Shown in pieces: positions 34,801-44,941 of a stretch of DNA of 64,000 bases. Position numbers and translations under genes: made by a program. Source of the DNA: an uncultured virus (IMG/VR IMGVR_UViG_3300027782_000070) (lineage: Duplodnaviria; Heunggongvirae; Uroviricota; Caudoviricetes); the IMG/VR virus record IMGVR_UViG_3300027782_000070; one strand, 5' to 3'. The notes under the pieces were generated by a model. That model did no database searches and was not told where the DNA came from. It saw nothing but the letters and a program-made list of their open reading frames with translations. The stretch's first letter is position 1, and every line of letters starts with the position of its first letter.

Positions 34801-37800
34801 ATAGATGTTAGACCCAAAGTACAATCTTATACTTTATCAAATCTTATAAGTCCATTTGATTTTTCTTCAAGAAACTTTAGTAATTATGGAGGAAATGCAG
34901 CACAGATTTTAGCTTCTAATGAAAATTTTGTGTTTGATTATGATTTTTATCTTGGAAGAATTGATAAGATTACTTTAGATAAAATTGGAAATTTCAATTT
35001 AGTATTAGGACAACCAAGTGAGTCTCCAACTGTTCCTACAATTTCAAATGAAGTTCTTGATGTTGCAACTATAGTTGGAAAACCTTATGTTTATAATGTA
35101 CAAACTGATATTATCATTAATCTTACTGACAATAAGAGATATACTATGTCAGATTTAAGAGGCATAGAAAATAGAGTTTCAAACTTAGAATATTATACCT
35201 CATTGTCTTTACTTGAATTATCAGTAAAAGATTTACAAATTGAAGATAAGGATGGATTTAATAGATTTAAATCAGGATTTTTTGTTGATAATTTTGATTC
35301 TTATAATTTTTCAAATACAGAATCTTTAATTTATGATGCTACTATTTCAAATAATACATTATCTTCTCCAATACAAAAAGATAGAGTAGACTTAACACTA
35401 TACAGTGATGATTCTGAAGTTACTTCATCTGAAATTAATTTATCAAATACTAATTCAAATAATTTAAGATTAACTGGAAAATCATTAACATTAAACTATA
35501 GTGAGATAGAGTATGCTTCTCAAAAGTTTGCTAGTAGAGTAATTAATATAAATCCATATAATGTAACTACTTGGTCAGGTAATCTTACATTAAATCCATC
35601 TTCAGATAGATGGGAAGTTCAATTGCAAAAAAGTGAAACTCGTTGGGGACATCATGTTACAGAAAGATATGTAACTTATAGAGAAACACCTAATATTAGG
35701 TCTAGGAATATAGAATTTTCTTCTACAAGATTAAAACCAAATACTAGATTTAAATTATTATTTGATTCTAAAGACATTACTTCTAATTTTAATGGTTCTA
35801 CATATGTATTTCCAAAACTCTTAGAGATAACAGGAGTAAATAAAGCATTTGAAGTTGGAGAAACTGTTGTGGTATATCCACCAGCAGGGTCACCAGAAAA
35901 TACTATTCAATGTCAATTTAGAGTATGTGTTCCAAATCATAAGTCTGGTCCATATAATTCCCCTACATCAACTTATACTATTAATCCATACAATCCATCT
36001 GTAGGTCTTTCTACAATTTATGGACCACAATCTTCCACTATTAATATAGATACTGCTTCTTTACAAGTATCTAATGTATCAAGTTTCTTTGGAAATATTG
36101 AAAAAAATTCAATACTGGTTGGTAGTCAAAGTGGAGCAACAGCTACTGTATCTGATATTAAGTTAGTATCAGATGATAATGGAACATTGATAGGAAGTAT
36201 TTTTATTCCAAATCCATTAACATCTCAGACAAAATTTAATACAGGAATTTCTCCAGTAAGAGTTTTAGAATATCAATCTCAAGGACTTCCTGGAGAAAAA
36301 ATTAGTGAATGTGTATCTAATTTTACTTCAAAAGGAGATGAAATTACATCTGTTACTGTTACATGGGGAGACCCTATAGCACAAAGTTTTATAATTTCAG
36401 AAGAAACTGGTATATTCCCATCTTCAGTTGATATTTTCTTTGCTTCCAAAGATACAACAATTCCAGTATCTTTACAAGTTAGAGAAGTTGTAAATGGTTA
36501 TCCAGGTGGTTCTGATAAAATTGTAGGTAACTTAGAGAAAGTTCTGTTCCCATCACAAATTAATATTAGTCAAGATGCTTCTGTTGCAACAACATTTACA
36601 TTTAATGATTTAACTAGATTGGAAGGTGGAAGAGAGTATGCTTTAGTATTGATTTCAGATTCTAATAATTATACAGTTTGGACTTCTAGAATTGGTGAAG
36701 TTGAAATTACAACAGCAAATAAACCTGAAGTTGAAAAAATTATAATTAACAAACAACCTTCATTGGGGTCACTTTTCAAATCACAAAATTCCACTACATG
36801 GAATGCTGTACAAACTGACGATCTTAAGTTTAATTTAAAGAGATGTGATTTTATAACTTCTGGAGGAACATCTAGATTCTATAATTCTAAGGTAAATGTT
36901 CTTTCTGTTGATAATCTTTTACCACAAAATCCAATAGCAATTACCACAGGATTTTCTGCTCCTAATGATGGCAATTATATGTTAATTAGTCATCCAAATC
37001 ATGGATTAAATTATCCAAATTCTAAAGTTAAGATTTCTGGAATTCAATCAGATATTCTTCCTGTTAAAATAACAGTTGGATATGGATTAACAGATACTGG
37101 TTCAATTAGTGTAGCAAGTACATCCATTTTTTCAACTTTTGAAGGAGCAACAGTTTCTCCAACTAATCCAGGATATATTGTAATTGATGGAGAAATTATA
37201 GAGTATCAAGGAGTTGGTATAAATCAACTTACAACAATTGCAAGGTCTATAGACAGTACTTCTAAAGTAAATCATCCAGTAAATTCATTAGCATATAAGT
37301 ATGAATTTAATGGAGTATCCCTAAGAAGTATTAATACAGAACACTTTGTAGATTCTGGTGCTAATTCTACAATTACATTAGATTCTTATTATATTAATGT
37401 TCCAACTACATTTAAAGATTCTAAATTTGGTGGTGGCAATTCTGTTTATGCTACTAAAAATAAACTTTTTAATACAGTAGAATTAAATCCAAACTTTATT
37501 AATATTTCTAATGGAACAAATGTTGCAGCTTCAGTAAGAACTGTTTTTGGAACAAGTGCCAATGGAACAGAAATTTCTTATACAGATGCAGGATATTCTA
37601 CACTAGATGCAACTGGAAAAACTATTTTTAATACAGTTAGGATGGTAAGTTCTGAAGAAAATGAAAATGTATTTTTAAATGCAACTGAATTTGTTGGAAA
37701 TAAATCTTTAACCTTAGACTTAACTTTTGATACAAATAGCTCAAACATTTCTCCAATTGTTGATATTGACCAGGCATTTTTAACTACTAAAAATTATAGA

Positions 37801-38262
37801 ATTAATCAACCAATTGTTGGAGTTGGTTATACTTCAGATAACAGAGTTTCTTCAAATACTTTAGATCCTCATGCATTTGTTCATATTACTAATCCAATTA
37901 AACTTATTAACCCAGCAAATTCATTAAAAGTTTATGTTGATGTTTATAGACCAAAAGATGCTGATGTTAGAGTTCTTTATAAAATTTTTAGAAATGATAC
38001 CCCAGATGTAGACCAACAATGGGAATTTTTCCCTGGTTATTCAAACCTGGATGTAAATGGAAATGTTATTAATCCTTCATATAATAATGGATTATCAGAT
38101 AGTTTGATGCCTATTAGTAAAGAAAATGAATATCTTGAGTATCAATATACTATTGATAATTTACCAGAATTTACTGGTTTTGAAATAAAAATAATTGGAT
38201 CTAGTTCAAATCAAGCACAATCTCCATTGATTAAGAGATTAAGAACAATTGCTCTGAAATGA
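31816..38262 (+). CDS. VrlC-like / DUF4815 large structural protein
   Basis: PYFDDF...VLFKPG..VQTRELTTLQ, APGADRLKI, RFKSGFFVDNF. Confidence 0.8.
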   Translation: MPQSTNLNKSPYFDDFSESNDYYKVLFKPGVTVQTRELTTLQSILQNQIEKFGNSFFNDGGVVIPGGYKYDNNFTAVEIESTYNGIDVESYYSNLIGKEIQGKLSNIKAKVVKVLSKLDSKRESTTLYINYLSSSNTTDTTSFTDQVFFDGEELIVLEDLQVGNSYIFTNSEFAKVSSFVNRVSTSISSAAKIDSGVYFVRGYFVNVNEDTIILDQYSNTPSYRVGLQIVESLVNSDEDSSLNDNAQGFSNYAAPGADRLKITLSLIKKPLDDFNDNDFIELFRVTNGLLQTIKKNDSLNSINDILARRTFEESGNYYVYPYSIEATESLNNYLGNGGIYLDTQKTQDGSTPSADLGLLKVSPGKSYVKGYEISTGSVLLDYPKPRETKTVNSSSSFYGGDLIRINNVFNSPNIGLSTSDTISLMNQRLENGVALGSTIGLARVYDFESNNTSYSSPSSQFNLYLFDIQTYTNLTLSGSVASINVGSFIKGNNSGATGYVKVVTTGSNINLYQVSGKFFVGESLTVDGVEVVQTIQTITDYSINDVKSVYQPITSFRGDSVLSKGYSIIGPFTFNIDAGITTVTSDNGSSFASALNVNDVISYSISGINSAIYVGVTSIYASKNKIEIVGLSTVTNICSGDIGTGTYQIQNLNLIRPTIVINKEESSSLYSKLSNSNISNVDTLNTNIYIKKQNTLSRTGTTLTLPTLTGNYVYTSFDEERYLLSNSDETLENLSNATFTYTNGNKDLTISGLTNFTGTSYIISTQIKSKVTSKFKKLNRCFVSTVTNTKYTEPKNVGLAATTVYGVRVEDNEISLNVADAIQVHGIFESSTTSDAALPYIALSGISGPLSNTNDLIVGEVAVGADSGAVAIYAQQKTTTQIYLVYKNNKSFISGEIVTFQESGYTATVSSVTSGDKNIVNDFIFDNGQRKQYYDFSRLIRKDNSKEPSGRLKIVFDYFSFESTDNGDIITSNSYPSSVDKNLIPVFESIRNTDAIDVRPKVQSYTLSNLISPFDFSSRNFSNYGGNAAQILASNENFVFDYDFYLGRIDKITLDKIGNFNLVLGQPSESPTVPTISNEVLDVATIVGKPYVYNVQTDIIINLTDNKRYTMSDLRGIENRVSNLEYYTSLSLLELSVKDLQIEDKDGFNRFKSGFFVDNFDSYNFSNTESLIYDATISNNTLSSPIQKDRVDLTLYSDDSEVTSSEINLSNTNSNNLRLTGKSLTLNYSEIEYASQKFASRVININPYNVTTWSGNLTLNPSSDRWEVQLQKSETRWGHHVTERYVTYRETPNIRSRNIEFSSTRLKPNTRFKLLFDSKDITSNFNGSTYVFPKLLEITGVNKAFEVGETVVVYPPAGSPENTIQCQFRVCVPNHKSGPYNSPTSTYTINPYNPSVGLSTIYGPQSSTINIDTASLQVSNVSSFFGNIEKNSILVGSQSGATATVSDIKLVSDDNGTLIGSIFIPNPLTSQTKFNTGISPVRVLEYQSQGLPGEKISECVSNFTSKGDEITSVTVTWGDPIAQSFIISEETGIFPSSVDIFFASKDTTIPVSLQVREVVNGYPGGSDKIVGNLEKVLFPSQINISQDASVATTFTFNDLTRLEGGREYALVLISDSNNYTVWTSRIGEVEITTANKPEVEKIIINKQPSLGSLFKSQNSTTWNAVQTDDLKFNLKRCDFITSGGTSRFYNSKVNVLSVDNLLPQNPIAITTGFSAPNDGNYMLISHPNHGLNYPNSKVKISGIQSDILPVKITVGYGLTDTGSISVASTSIFSTFEGATVSPTNPGYIVIDGEIIEYQGVGINQLTTIARSIDSTSKVNHPVNSLAYKYEFNGVSLRSINTEHFVDSGANSTITLDSYYINVPTTFKDSKFGGGNSVYATKNKLFNTVELNPNFINISNGTNVAASVRTVFGTSANGTEISYTDAGYSTLDATGKTIFNTVRMVSSEENENVFLNATEFVGNKSLTLDLTFDTNSSNISPIVDIDQAFLTTKNYRINQPIVGVGYTSDNRVSSNTLDPHAFVHITNPIKLINPANSLKVYVDVYRPKDADVRVLYKIFRNDTPDVDQQWEFFPGYSNLDVNGNVINPSYNNGLSDSLMPISKENEYLEYQYTIDNLPEFTGFEIKIIGSSSNQAQSPLIKRLRTIALK

Positions 38263-38492
38263 TAGAAGGGGATTATGCAAAGGTGGAAGGACATCCATCT
38301 TTGATTAGAGATATTAAAACAAATGCTATTTTAAATACAGACAGTAATTCTTTATTAAAATATAATTACAACAAAAGTAAATTTTTAAATCAAAAAAATA
38401 AAAATGAAACTTTTGAAAATGATATTAGTGAATTAAAAAAATCTATTGATGAAATTAAATTTATGTTAAAGGAAATTTTAAATGGATCATGA
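38259..38492 (+). CDS. conserved hypothetical protein (coiled-coil C-terminus)
   Basis: KVEGHPSLIRD...NAILN. Confidence 0.7.
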   Translation: MIEGDYAKVEGHPSLIRDIKTNAILNTDSNSLLKYNYNKSKFLNQKNKNETFENDISELKKSIDEIKFMLKEILNGS

Positions 38493-38667
38493 AGATTTAA
38501 AACTTGAAACTATTACCAAATTATTTGAATTTGAAAAAATTTCAAGAGAACTTGATACTTGCACTAATATAGATTTAATGAGAAATCTATGCAAATGTTA
38601 TGTAAAACTTTATATGAAACAACAAGAAACAATATCTACTTTAATGTTAGATGATCTAAATAGTTAA
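38482..38667 (+). CDS. conserved hypothetical protein
   Basis: FEFEKISRELD...YVKLYMKQQE. Confidence 0.7.
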   Translation: MDHEDLKLETITKLFEFEKISRELDTCTNIDLMRNLCKCYVKLYMKQQETISTLMLDDLNS

Positions 38668-38682
38668 AAAAGTAGTGGAATA

Positions 38683-39513
38683 ATGGCAAAGCCCGCATCA
38701 AGACAAGAATTAAAAGATTACACTTTAAGGCAACTTGGTGCTCCTGTTTTAGAAATCAACGTTGCAGATGAGCAACTTGATGATAGGTTAGATGATGCTT
38801 TGCAATATTTTAATGAGAGACATTTTGATGGCGTTGAAAAAATGTTTCTCAAGTATAAATTTACTGATGCTGATATTCAAAGAGGAAGATCTAAAGGTGG
38901 TGGATATAATGTTGGTATAGCAACTACTACTGTAACTTCTCCTACAGGATCATTTAATTGGGAAGAAAATTCAAATTACATTCCAGTTCCAGATAGTGTA
39001 ATTGGTGTAGAAAGAGTATTTAAATTAGATAATAGAACTATTACTTCAAATTTATTTAATGTTAATTATCAATTATTTTTAAATGATATTTATTGGTTTA
39101 GTTCAACTGAACTTTTAAATTACTATGTAACAAAGAGATATCTTGAAGATATTGATTGGATTGTTAATCCACAAAGACAAATTAGATTTAATAAAAGGCA
39201 AGGTAGACTTTATATTGATATGAGCTGGGATTCTATAACTGCAGGAAACTACCTTATTATGGAGTGTTATAGAATACTTGACCCAAATGATTATACAAAA
39301 GTATATAATGATTCTTTCTTAAAAATGTATTTTACTGCTTTAGTTAAGAAGCAGTGGGGGCAAAATTTAATTAAGTTTCAGGGTGTTAAACTTCCAGGTG
39401 GTATTGAATTGAATGGAAGACAAATTTATGATGATGCAGTAAAAGAATTAGAAGCAATTAGATTGAGAATGTTGAGTGAGTATGAAACAGCACCATTCGA
39501 TATGATAGGATAA
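38683..39513 (+). CDS. gp13: neck protein gp13
   Basis: RQLGAPVLEINV...KKQWGQNLIKF.GVKLPGG; CTAAATA at 38656-38662. Confidence 0.92.
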   Translation: MAKPASRQELKDYTLRQLGAPVLEINVADEQLDDRLDDALQYFNERHFDGVEKMFLKYKFTDADIQRGRSKGGGYNVGIATTTVTSPTGSFNWEENSNYIPVPDSVIGVERVFKLDNRTITSNLFNVNYQLFLNDIYWFSSTELLNYYVTKRYLEDIDWIVNPQRQIRFNKRQGRLYIDMSWDSITAGNYLIMECYRILDPNDYTKVYNDSFLKMYFTALVKKQWGQNLIKFQGVKLPGGIELNGRQIYDDAVKELEAIRLRMLSEYETAPFDMIG

Positions 39514-39514
39514 T

Positions 39515-40888
39515 ATGTTAAATCCATTTTTCATACAAGGAACAACAGGAGAACAAAGTCTCGTTCAAGACTTAATTAACGAGCAATTAAAAATGTATGG
39601 CATAGAAGTTTACTATATGCCCAGAGAAATTGTTTCTCAAGGAAAAATAATTAAAGAAGTTCTATATTCAAAATTTAAACATGCATTTCCAATAGAAGCA
39701 TATTTGGTCAACTATGAAGGGTTTGATCCAAATAGCGTTTTAATGTCTAAATTTGGAGTCAAAGTTACTGATGAAATGACATTAATTATTTCAAAAGAAC
39801 GTTTTGAAACTTATATTGGAGAATTGACAAGAACTATTCAAGGCGTAAATGCATTAAGACCAAATGAAGGAGATTTACTTTATATTCCATTAAGTGATAG
39901 TTTAATGGAAATTAAATATGTTGAAAATAGAAAACCATTTTATCAACTTCAAAAAAATTATGTGTATGAATTAAGATGTGAATTATTTGAATTAGAAGAT
40001 GAAGAAATTAATACAAGTATCAATGAAGTTGATAGTGCAATCAAAGCTCTTGGATATGATGCAACAATAACAGTTTCTGGAATTGGTATTACTGCTACTG
40101 CATATACTTCAATAGTTACTGGAGGAATTCAAACAGTAGATATTATCAATGGAGGATATAGATATAGTTCTGCACCAACTATGGTAGTATCTTCTCCAAT
40201 AACTGGAATCAAAGGGACTTTAGTTGGGTTTACTACAAGTAAAAGAAAATTATTGTCTTCCCAAAGTTTGGATCAAGTTTATATTGAAAATCCAGGATCT
40301 GGATATTATTCAAACAAACCACCAATAGTTACTTTTTATGGGGGAGGAGGATATAATACACAAGTTAAAGTTGGAATAGCAACTTCAGGAAGTATTGGTC
40401 CAATAACATTATCATATCCAGGACAAGGTTATGCATTAGAACCTACTGTAACTATTTCTGGACCAGTTGGAAATGGAATTACTGCTATAGCAAAAGCATT
40501 TATAAATTCTAATGGAGGAATTTCTACTATTAGAATTCTAAATGCTGGTTATGGATACACAACAGCACCAACAATTACTATTGGAGCAGGATCTACAGTT
40601 TCATCAGGTAATTTTATTTTCAACGAAGAAGTTACAGGATCTATTTCTGGAGCAAAAGGTTTTGTTAAAACTTGGGATGCTGAAACTAAAAAACTTGTTG
40701 TTGATGGATTTGAAACTGATTTTGTTGTTGGAGATGTAATTGTAGGATCTGCATCAACTGCTACTTATATTATATCTAAATACAATACATATTTAACAAC
40801 TTCAGCATATGATGAAGATGAGGAAATACAACAAGAATCTAATGATATTTTAGTATTTACCGAAGTCAATCCATTTGGTGAAGTTTAA
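39515..40888 (+). CDS. gp14: neck protein gp14
   Basis: EQSLVQDL..EQLKMYG.EVYYMPR...PNEGDL...FTEVNPFG. Confidence 0.9.
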   Translation: MLNPFFIQGTTGEQSLVQDLINEQLKMYGIEVYYMPREIVSQGKIIKEVLYSKFKHAFPIEAYLVNYEGFDPNSVLMSKFGVKVTDEMTLIISKERFETYIGELTRTIQGVNALRPNEGDLLYIPLSDSLMEIKYVENRKPFYQLQKNYVYELRCELFELEDEEINTSINEVDSAIKALGYDATITVSGIGITATAYTSIVTGGIQTVDIINGGYRYSSAPTMVVSSPITGIKGTLVGFTTSKRKLLSSQSLDQVYIENPGSGYYSNKPPIVTFYGGGGYNTQVKVGIATSGSIGPITLSYPGQGYALEPTVTISGPVGNGITAIAKAFINSNGGISTIRILNAGYGYTTAPTITIGAGSTVSSGNFIFNEEVTGSISGAKGFVKTWDAETKKLVVDGFETDFVVGDVIVGSASTATYIISKYNTYLTTSAYDEDEEIQQESNDILVFTEVNPFGEV

Positions 40889-40914
40889 AAAAATAAACTT
40901 TACAAAAAATTAAA

Positions 40915-41763
40915 ATGTTTGGAAGATACTTTTACCATAAAGCGATAAGCAAAACAGTAACTGCTTTTGGAACTTTATTCAATGACATTCAAGTTAGACA
41001 TTATGACGAAACTAATAATCCAGTATCTGCATTAAAGGTTCCCCTTTCTTATGGACCTGTTCAAAAATTCTTAGCAAGAATTGAACAAAGTCCAGCAGGA
41101 GATAGAAAGATTGCATTAACTCTCCCAAGAATGTCATTTGAAATGACTTCAATAGACTATGACCCACAAAGAAAGTCTTCTGTCATCCAAACATTTAAAG
41201 CACCAAAAACATCTGATGGTAAAGTAATAAACAATATCTATTCACCAGTTCCATATAATATTGGGTTTGAACTTAATATTTTAGGAAAACTTCAGGATGA
41301 TGTACTTCAAATTATAGAACAAATTCTTCCTTGCTTCCAACCAGCATTTAATGTAAGTGTTAGATTAATTCCAGAAATTAATGAAGTAAGGGATATTCCT
41401 ATTGTTTTAAATAGAGTTGGATTTAGGGATGATTATGAAGGTGACTATACTACAAGAAGAGTTATTATATACACCTTAAACTTTACTGTAAAAACATATC
41501 TGTTTAATGAGATTCCAGAAGATAGTCAAGGACTTATTAAAAAAGTTCAAGTTGATTATGCAACTGATGCCTTATTAAATGCAAAACGTGAAGTTAGATA
41601 CACAGTAACTCCAAAAGCACTTCAAGATTATAATGAAGATAATGTTATTGATGCATCAGATGATCCACTAATTCCTTATGGGGATGACTTTGGATTTAAT
41701 GATGAAATTACAGATTTCCAAGATTTTAAAGACTTTAGTTCCACACAGGGAACTGATATTTGA
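40915..41763 (+). CDS. gp15: tail sheath stabilizer/completion protein gp15
   Basis: FGTLFN...VPLSYGP.QKFL...LPRMSFE...QIIEQILP. Confidence 0.92.
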   Translation: MFGRYFYHKAISKTVTAFGTLFNDIQVRHYDETNNPVSALKVPLSYGPVQKFLARIEQSPAGDRKIALTLPRMSFEMTSIDYDPQRKSSVIQTFKAPKTSDGKVINNIYSPVPYNIGFELNILGKLQDDVLQIIEQILPCFQPAFNVSVRLIPEINEVRDIPIVLNRVGFRDDYEGDYTTRRVIIYTLNFTVKTYLFNEIPEDSQGLIKKVQVDYATDALLNAKREVRYTVTPKALQDYNEDNVIDASDDPLIPYGDDFGFNDEITDFQDFKDFSSTQGTDI

Positions 41764-41773
41764 TATATAGTGT

Positions 41774-42199
41774 ATGGGAAACAAATTCTCCAAGATAGAA
41801 GAATCACTTAATATAGAGACATCAATTGTTTCTATAGCAGATCCTGTCGAAATTTCTCCAATAGATTCTCCTAATGATCCTCAAAAAGATTATGAATATA
41901 GTAGAGGTCAACTCTATAGTTTAATCTCAAAAGGTCAAGAGGCAGTTGATGGTATATTAGAAATTGCACAAGAATCTGGTCATCCAAGAGCATTTGAAGT
42001 TGCTGGTCAATTAATCAAATCAGTTGCAGATACTACAGATAAATTAATTGACCTTCAAAAGAAAATGAGAGATTTAGATTCTCCTCAAAAGGGTCCAACT
42101 ACAGTAAACAATTCACTTTTTGTTGGTTCAACTGCAGAACTTTCTAAACTTATAAAGCAAGGTCTTCTAAATAATGTAGAGGAAACAGAAGTTAAATGA
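41774..42199 (+). CDS. gp16: terminase small subunit gp16
   Basis: DYEYSR...HPRAFEVAGQL...NNSLFVGST.EL. Confidence 0.92.
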   Translation: MGNKFSKIEESLNIETSIVSIADPVEISPIDSPNDPQKDYEYSRGQLYSLISKGQEAVDGILEIAQESGHPRAFEVAGQLIKSVADTTDKLIDLQKKMRDLDSPQKGPTTVNNSLFVGSTAELSKLIKQGLLNNVEETEVK

Positions 42200-43218
42200 A
42201 AAAGTTTAAATCTTTTGCTGCTGCTATGAAGCACGAGATAGGTGAGAAAGGATATGAAGTAGAAAAGGAAGAGGGACATGGTGATATGAAGGGACACCCT
42301 TCTGTGAAACAGATTGCACATAAACATAATATTACTCCAGAAGAAGTTGTTGCTCAAGTAAAGAAAGGATATAAGTTAGAGAAAGAGCATACCAATAATA
42401 TTGATATGGCTATTGATATTGCCCTTCAACATGTTAATGAGTTTCCAACTTATTATGATGAATTAATTAAGATGGAAACAGGTCTTAAAAAGAACCACAG
42501 TAAGTTTAAAGACAATAAAATTCAAGAAGCACTTGGGGATAGAAAATTCTGTTCATTGTGTGGCAAACACGAATATGAACAAGAATGTTCATATGGTCCA
42601 GAAATGTGGAAAAAGTACAGTATAGCAACAGTACATCCAGCAAATGAAGAAGCAAAACATGGACTTTATTATAATGTAAATCAAAGAAAGAAAAAAGGAT
42701 TACCCCCAAAGAAATCTGGAGAAGAAGGATATCCAACTGCAAAGGCTTGGAAAGATTCTGCTAAAACTGAAGAATATACTTTTAGTGAAAATTTGAAGCA
42801 AGCACAAAAAAATGTTGGTGCAAGTAAGTGTTGGACTGGTAAGAAAGTTGGCAAACCACCAACTAAAATGAAAGGTGGAAAAGAAGTTCCTAATTGTGTT
42901 GCTGCAGAAGATACTTGTATTTCTTTTTCACAGTTTATGCAACTTGCAGAAGCATCTCCTGCTTGGCAAAAAAAAGAAGGTAAGAATCCAGAAGGTGGAT
43001 TAAACAAGAAAGGAATTGCATCTTATAGAAGAGAACATCCAGGTTCACATCTTTCACTTGCTGTTACTACTAAACCATCAAAACTTGATCCAGATAGTAA
43101 ATCTGCAAAAAGAAGAAAATCATTTTGTGCAAGGATGGGTGGAATGCCTGGTCCTATGAAAGATGAAAAAGGAAGACCCACAAGAAAAGCACTTTCATTA
43201 AGAAAGTGGAATTGTTAA
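42196..43218 (+). CDS. basic multi-module protein, probable internal head (poly)protein
   Basis: Modules such as EKEHT...IALQH, KCWTG...VPNCV and KNPEGGLN...RRKSFCARM...LRKWNC, separated by xxE sites. Confidence 0.6.
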   Translation: MKKFKSFAAAMKHEIGEKGYEVEKEEGHGDMKGHPSVKQIAHKHNITPEEVVAQVKKGYKLEKEHTNNIDMAIDIALQHVNEFPTYYDELIKMETGLKKNHSKFKDNKIQEALGDRKFCSLCGKHEYEQECSYGPEMWKKYSIATVHPANEEAKHGLYYNVNQRKKKGLPPKKSGEEGYPTAKAWKDSAKTEEYTFSENLKQAQKNVGASKCWTGKKVGKPPTKMKGGKEVPNCVAAEDTCISFSQFMQLAEASPAWQKKEGKNPEGGLNKKGIASYRREHPGSHLSLAVTTKPSKLDPDSKSAKRRKSFCARMGGMPGPMKDEKGRPTRKALSLRKWNC

Positions 43219-43238
43219 TTTAATAAAAATTTTTTATT

Positions 43239-44885
43239 ATGGACAATAACATTTATCTTGGTAATCCCCTTTTAAAAAAGGCAAATACTCCTATACAATT
43301 TTCACAAGACCAAATTGTTGAATTTGTAAAGTGTAAGAATGATCCTGTATATTTTGCAAAATCATATGTTCAAATTGTAACTTTGGATTATGGACTTCAA
43401 CCATTTAAACCATATGATTTCCAAGAAAAATTAATTAGAAATTTCCACAACAATAGATTTAACATTTGTAAGATGCCTCGTCAGACAGGTAAATCTACAA
43501 CTGTTGTATCTTATTTACTCCATTATGCTATATTTAATGATAATGTAAATATTGCCATTCTTGCTAACAAAGCATCAACTGCAAGAGACCTTCTCAATAG
43601 ATTACAAACTGCATATGAAAATCTACCTAAATGGTTGCAACAAGGTATCTTAGCTTGGAACAAGGGTTCTATGGAACTGGAAAATGGTTCTAAGATTCTT
43701 GCTGCTTCTACATCAGCATCTGCAGTTAGAGGTGGTTCTTATAACATCATCTTCCTTGATGAATTTGCATTCGTTCAAAACCATCTTGCAGATGATTTCT
43801 TTGCATCTGTATATCCTACAATTTCTTCTGGACAATCTACAAAAGTTATTATAGTTTCTACTCCACATGGTATGAACCACTTCTACCGTTTGTGGCATGA
43901 TGCAGAAAGAAGTAAAAATGAGTATGTTCCAACTGAGGTTCATTGGTCAGAAGTTCCTGGAAGAGATGCAAAATGGAAAGAACAAACTATTGCAAACACT
44001 TCAGAACAACAATTTAAAATTGAGTTTGAGTGTGAATTTTTAGGGTCAGTTGATACTCTTATTTCACCAAGTAAACTTAAGAGTTTAGTATATGATACTC
44101 CAATCAAACAAAGTAAAGGATTAGATGTTTATGAAAACTCATTTCCAGATAAAGATTATGTAATTACAGTTGATGTGGCAAGAGGAGTTGGTAGTGATTA
44201 TTCTGCATTTGTTGTATTTGATATAACTACTTTCCCCCACAAAATTGTAGCAAAGTATAGAAATAATGAAATTAAACCTATGTTATTTCCAAACATCATT
44301 TATGATGTAGCAAAAAATTACAATAGTGCATTCATACTTTGTGAAGTTAATGATGTTGGAGACCAAGTAGCAGCAATTATTCAATATGATTTGGAATATC
44401 AAAATCTTCTTATGTGCTCTATGCGAGGTAGAGCTGGGCAAATTGTAGGACAAGGATTTTCAGGAAAGAAAACTCAACTTGGTCTTAAAATGTCTAAGAC
44501 AGTTAAAAAAGTTGGATGTCTAAATCTGAAAACTATGATTGAAGAAGATAAACTTATATTTAATGATTATGAAATCATTAGTGAACTTACCACATTTATT
44601 CAGAAGCACAACTCCTTTGAAGCAGAACAAGGTTGTAATGATGATTTGGCAATGTGCCTTGTAATCTATGCTTGGTTAGTTTCACAAGATTATTTCAAAG
44701 AACTTACTGAGCAGGATGTTAGAAAAAGATTATATGAAGAACAAAAAAATCAAATAGAACAAGATATGGCTCCATTTGGATTTGTTCTTACAGGAATAGA
44801 AGATGAAGCAATAATTGATTCTGATGGAGATGTTTGGAATGTAGATGAGTATGGAGATAAGTCATATATGTGGGAGTACAGGTAA
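43239..44885 (+). CDS. gp17: terminase large subunit gp17
   Basis: PRQTGKST Walker A, IFLDEFAF Walker B, nuclease DVARG and DDLAM. Confidence 0.95.
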   Translation: MDNNIYLGNPLLKKANTPIQFSQDQIVEFVKCKNDPVYFAKSYVQIVTLDYGLQPFKPYDFQEKLIRNFHNNRFNICKMPRQTGKSTTVVSYLLHYAIFNDNVNIAILANKASTARDLLNRLQTAYENLPKWLQQGILAWNKGSMELENGSKILAASTSASAVRGGSYNIIFLDEFAFVQNHLADDFFASVYPTISSGQSTKVIIVSTPHGMNHFYRLWHDAERSKNEYVPTEVHWSEVPGRDAKWKEQTIANTSEQQFKIEFECEFLGSVDTLISPSKLKSLVYDTPIKQSKGLDVYENSFPDKDYVITVDVARGVGSDYSAFVVFDITTFPHKIVAKYRNNEIKPMLFPNIIYDVAKNYNSAFILCEVNDVGDQVAAIIQYDLEYQNLLMCSMRGRAGQIVGQGFSGKKTQLGLKMSKTVKKVGCLNLKTMIEEDKLIFNDYEIISELTTFIQKHNSFEAEQGCNDDLAMCLVIYAWLVSQDYFKELTEQDVRKRLYEEQKNQIEQDMAPFGFVLTGIEDEAIIDSDGDVWNVDEYGDKSYMWEYR

Positions 44886-44896
44886 AAGAATAAATT

Positions 44897-44904
44897 TATA
44901 AATA
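44897..44904 (+). promoter_or_regulatory. T4-type late promoter
   Basis: TATAAATA upstream of gp18. Confidence 0.75.
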
Positions 44905-44941
44905 CTTGTAGAGCAAAAATGAAGCATTTAGAGGAGTCAAA

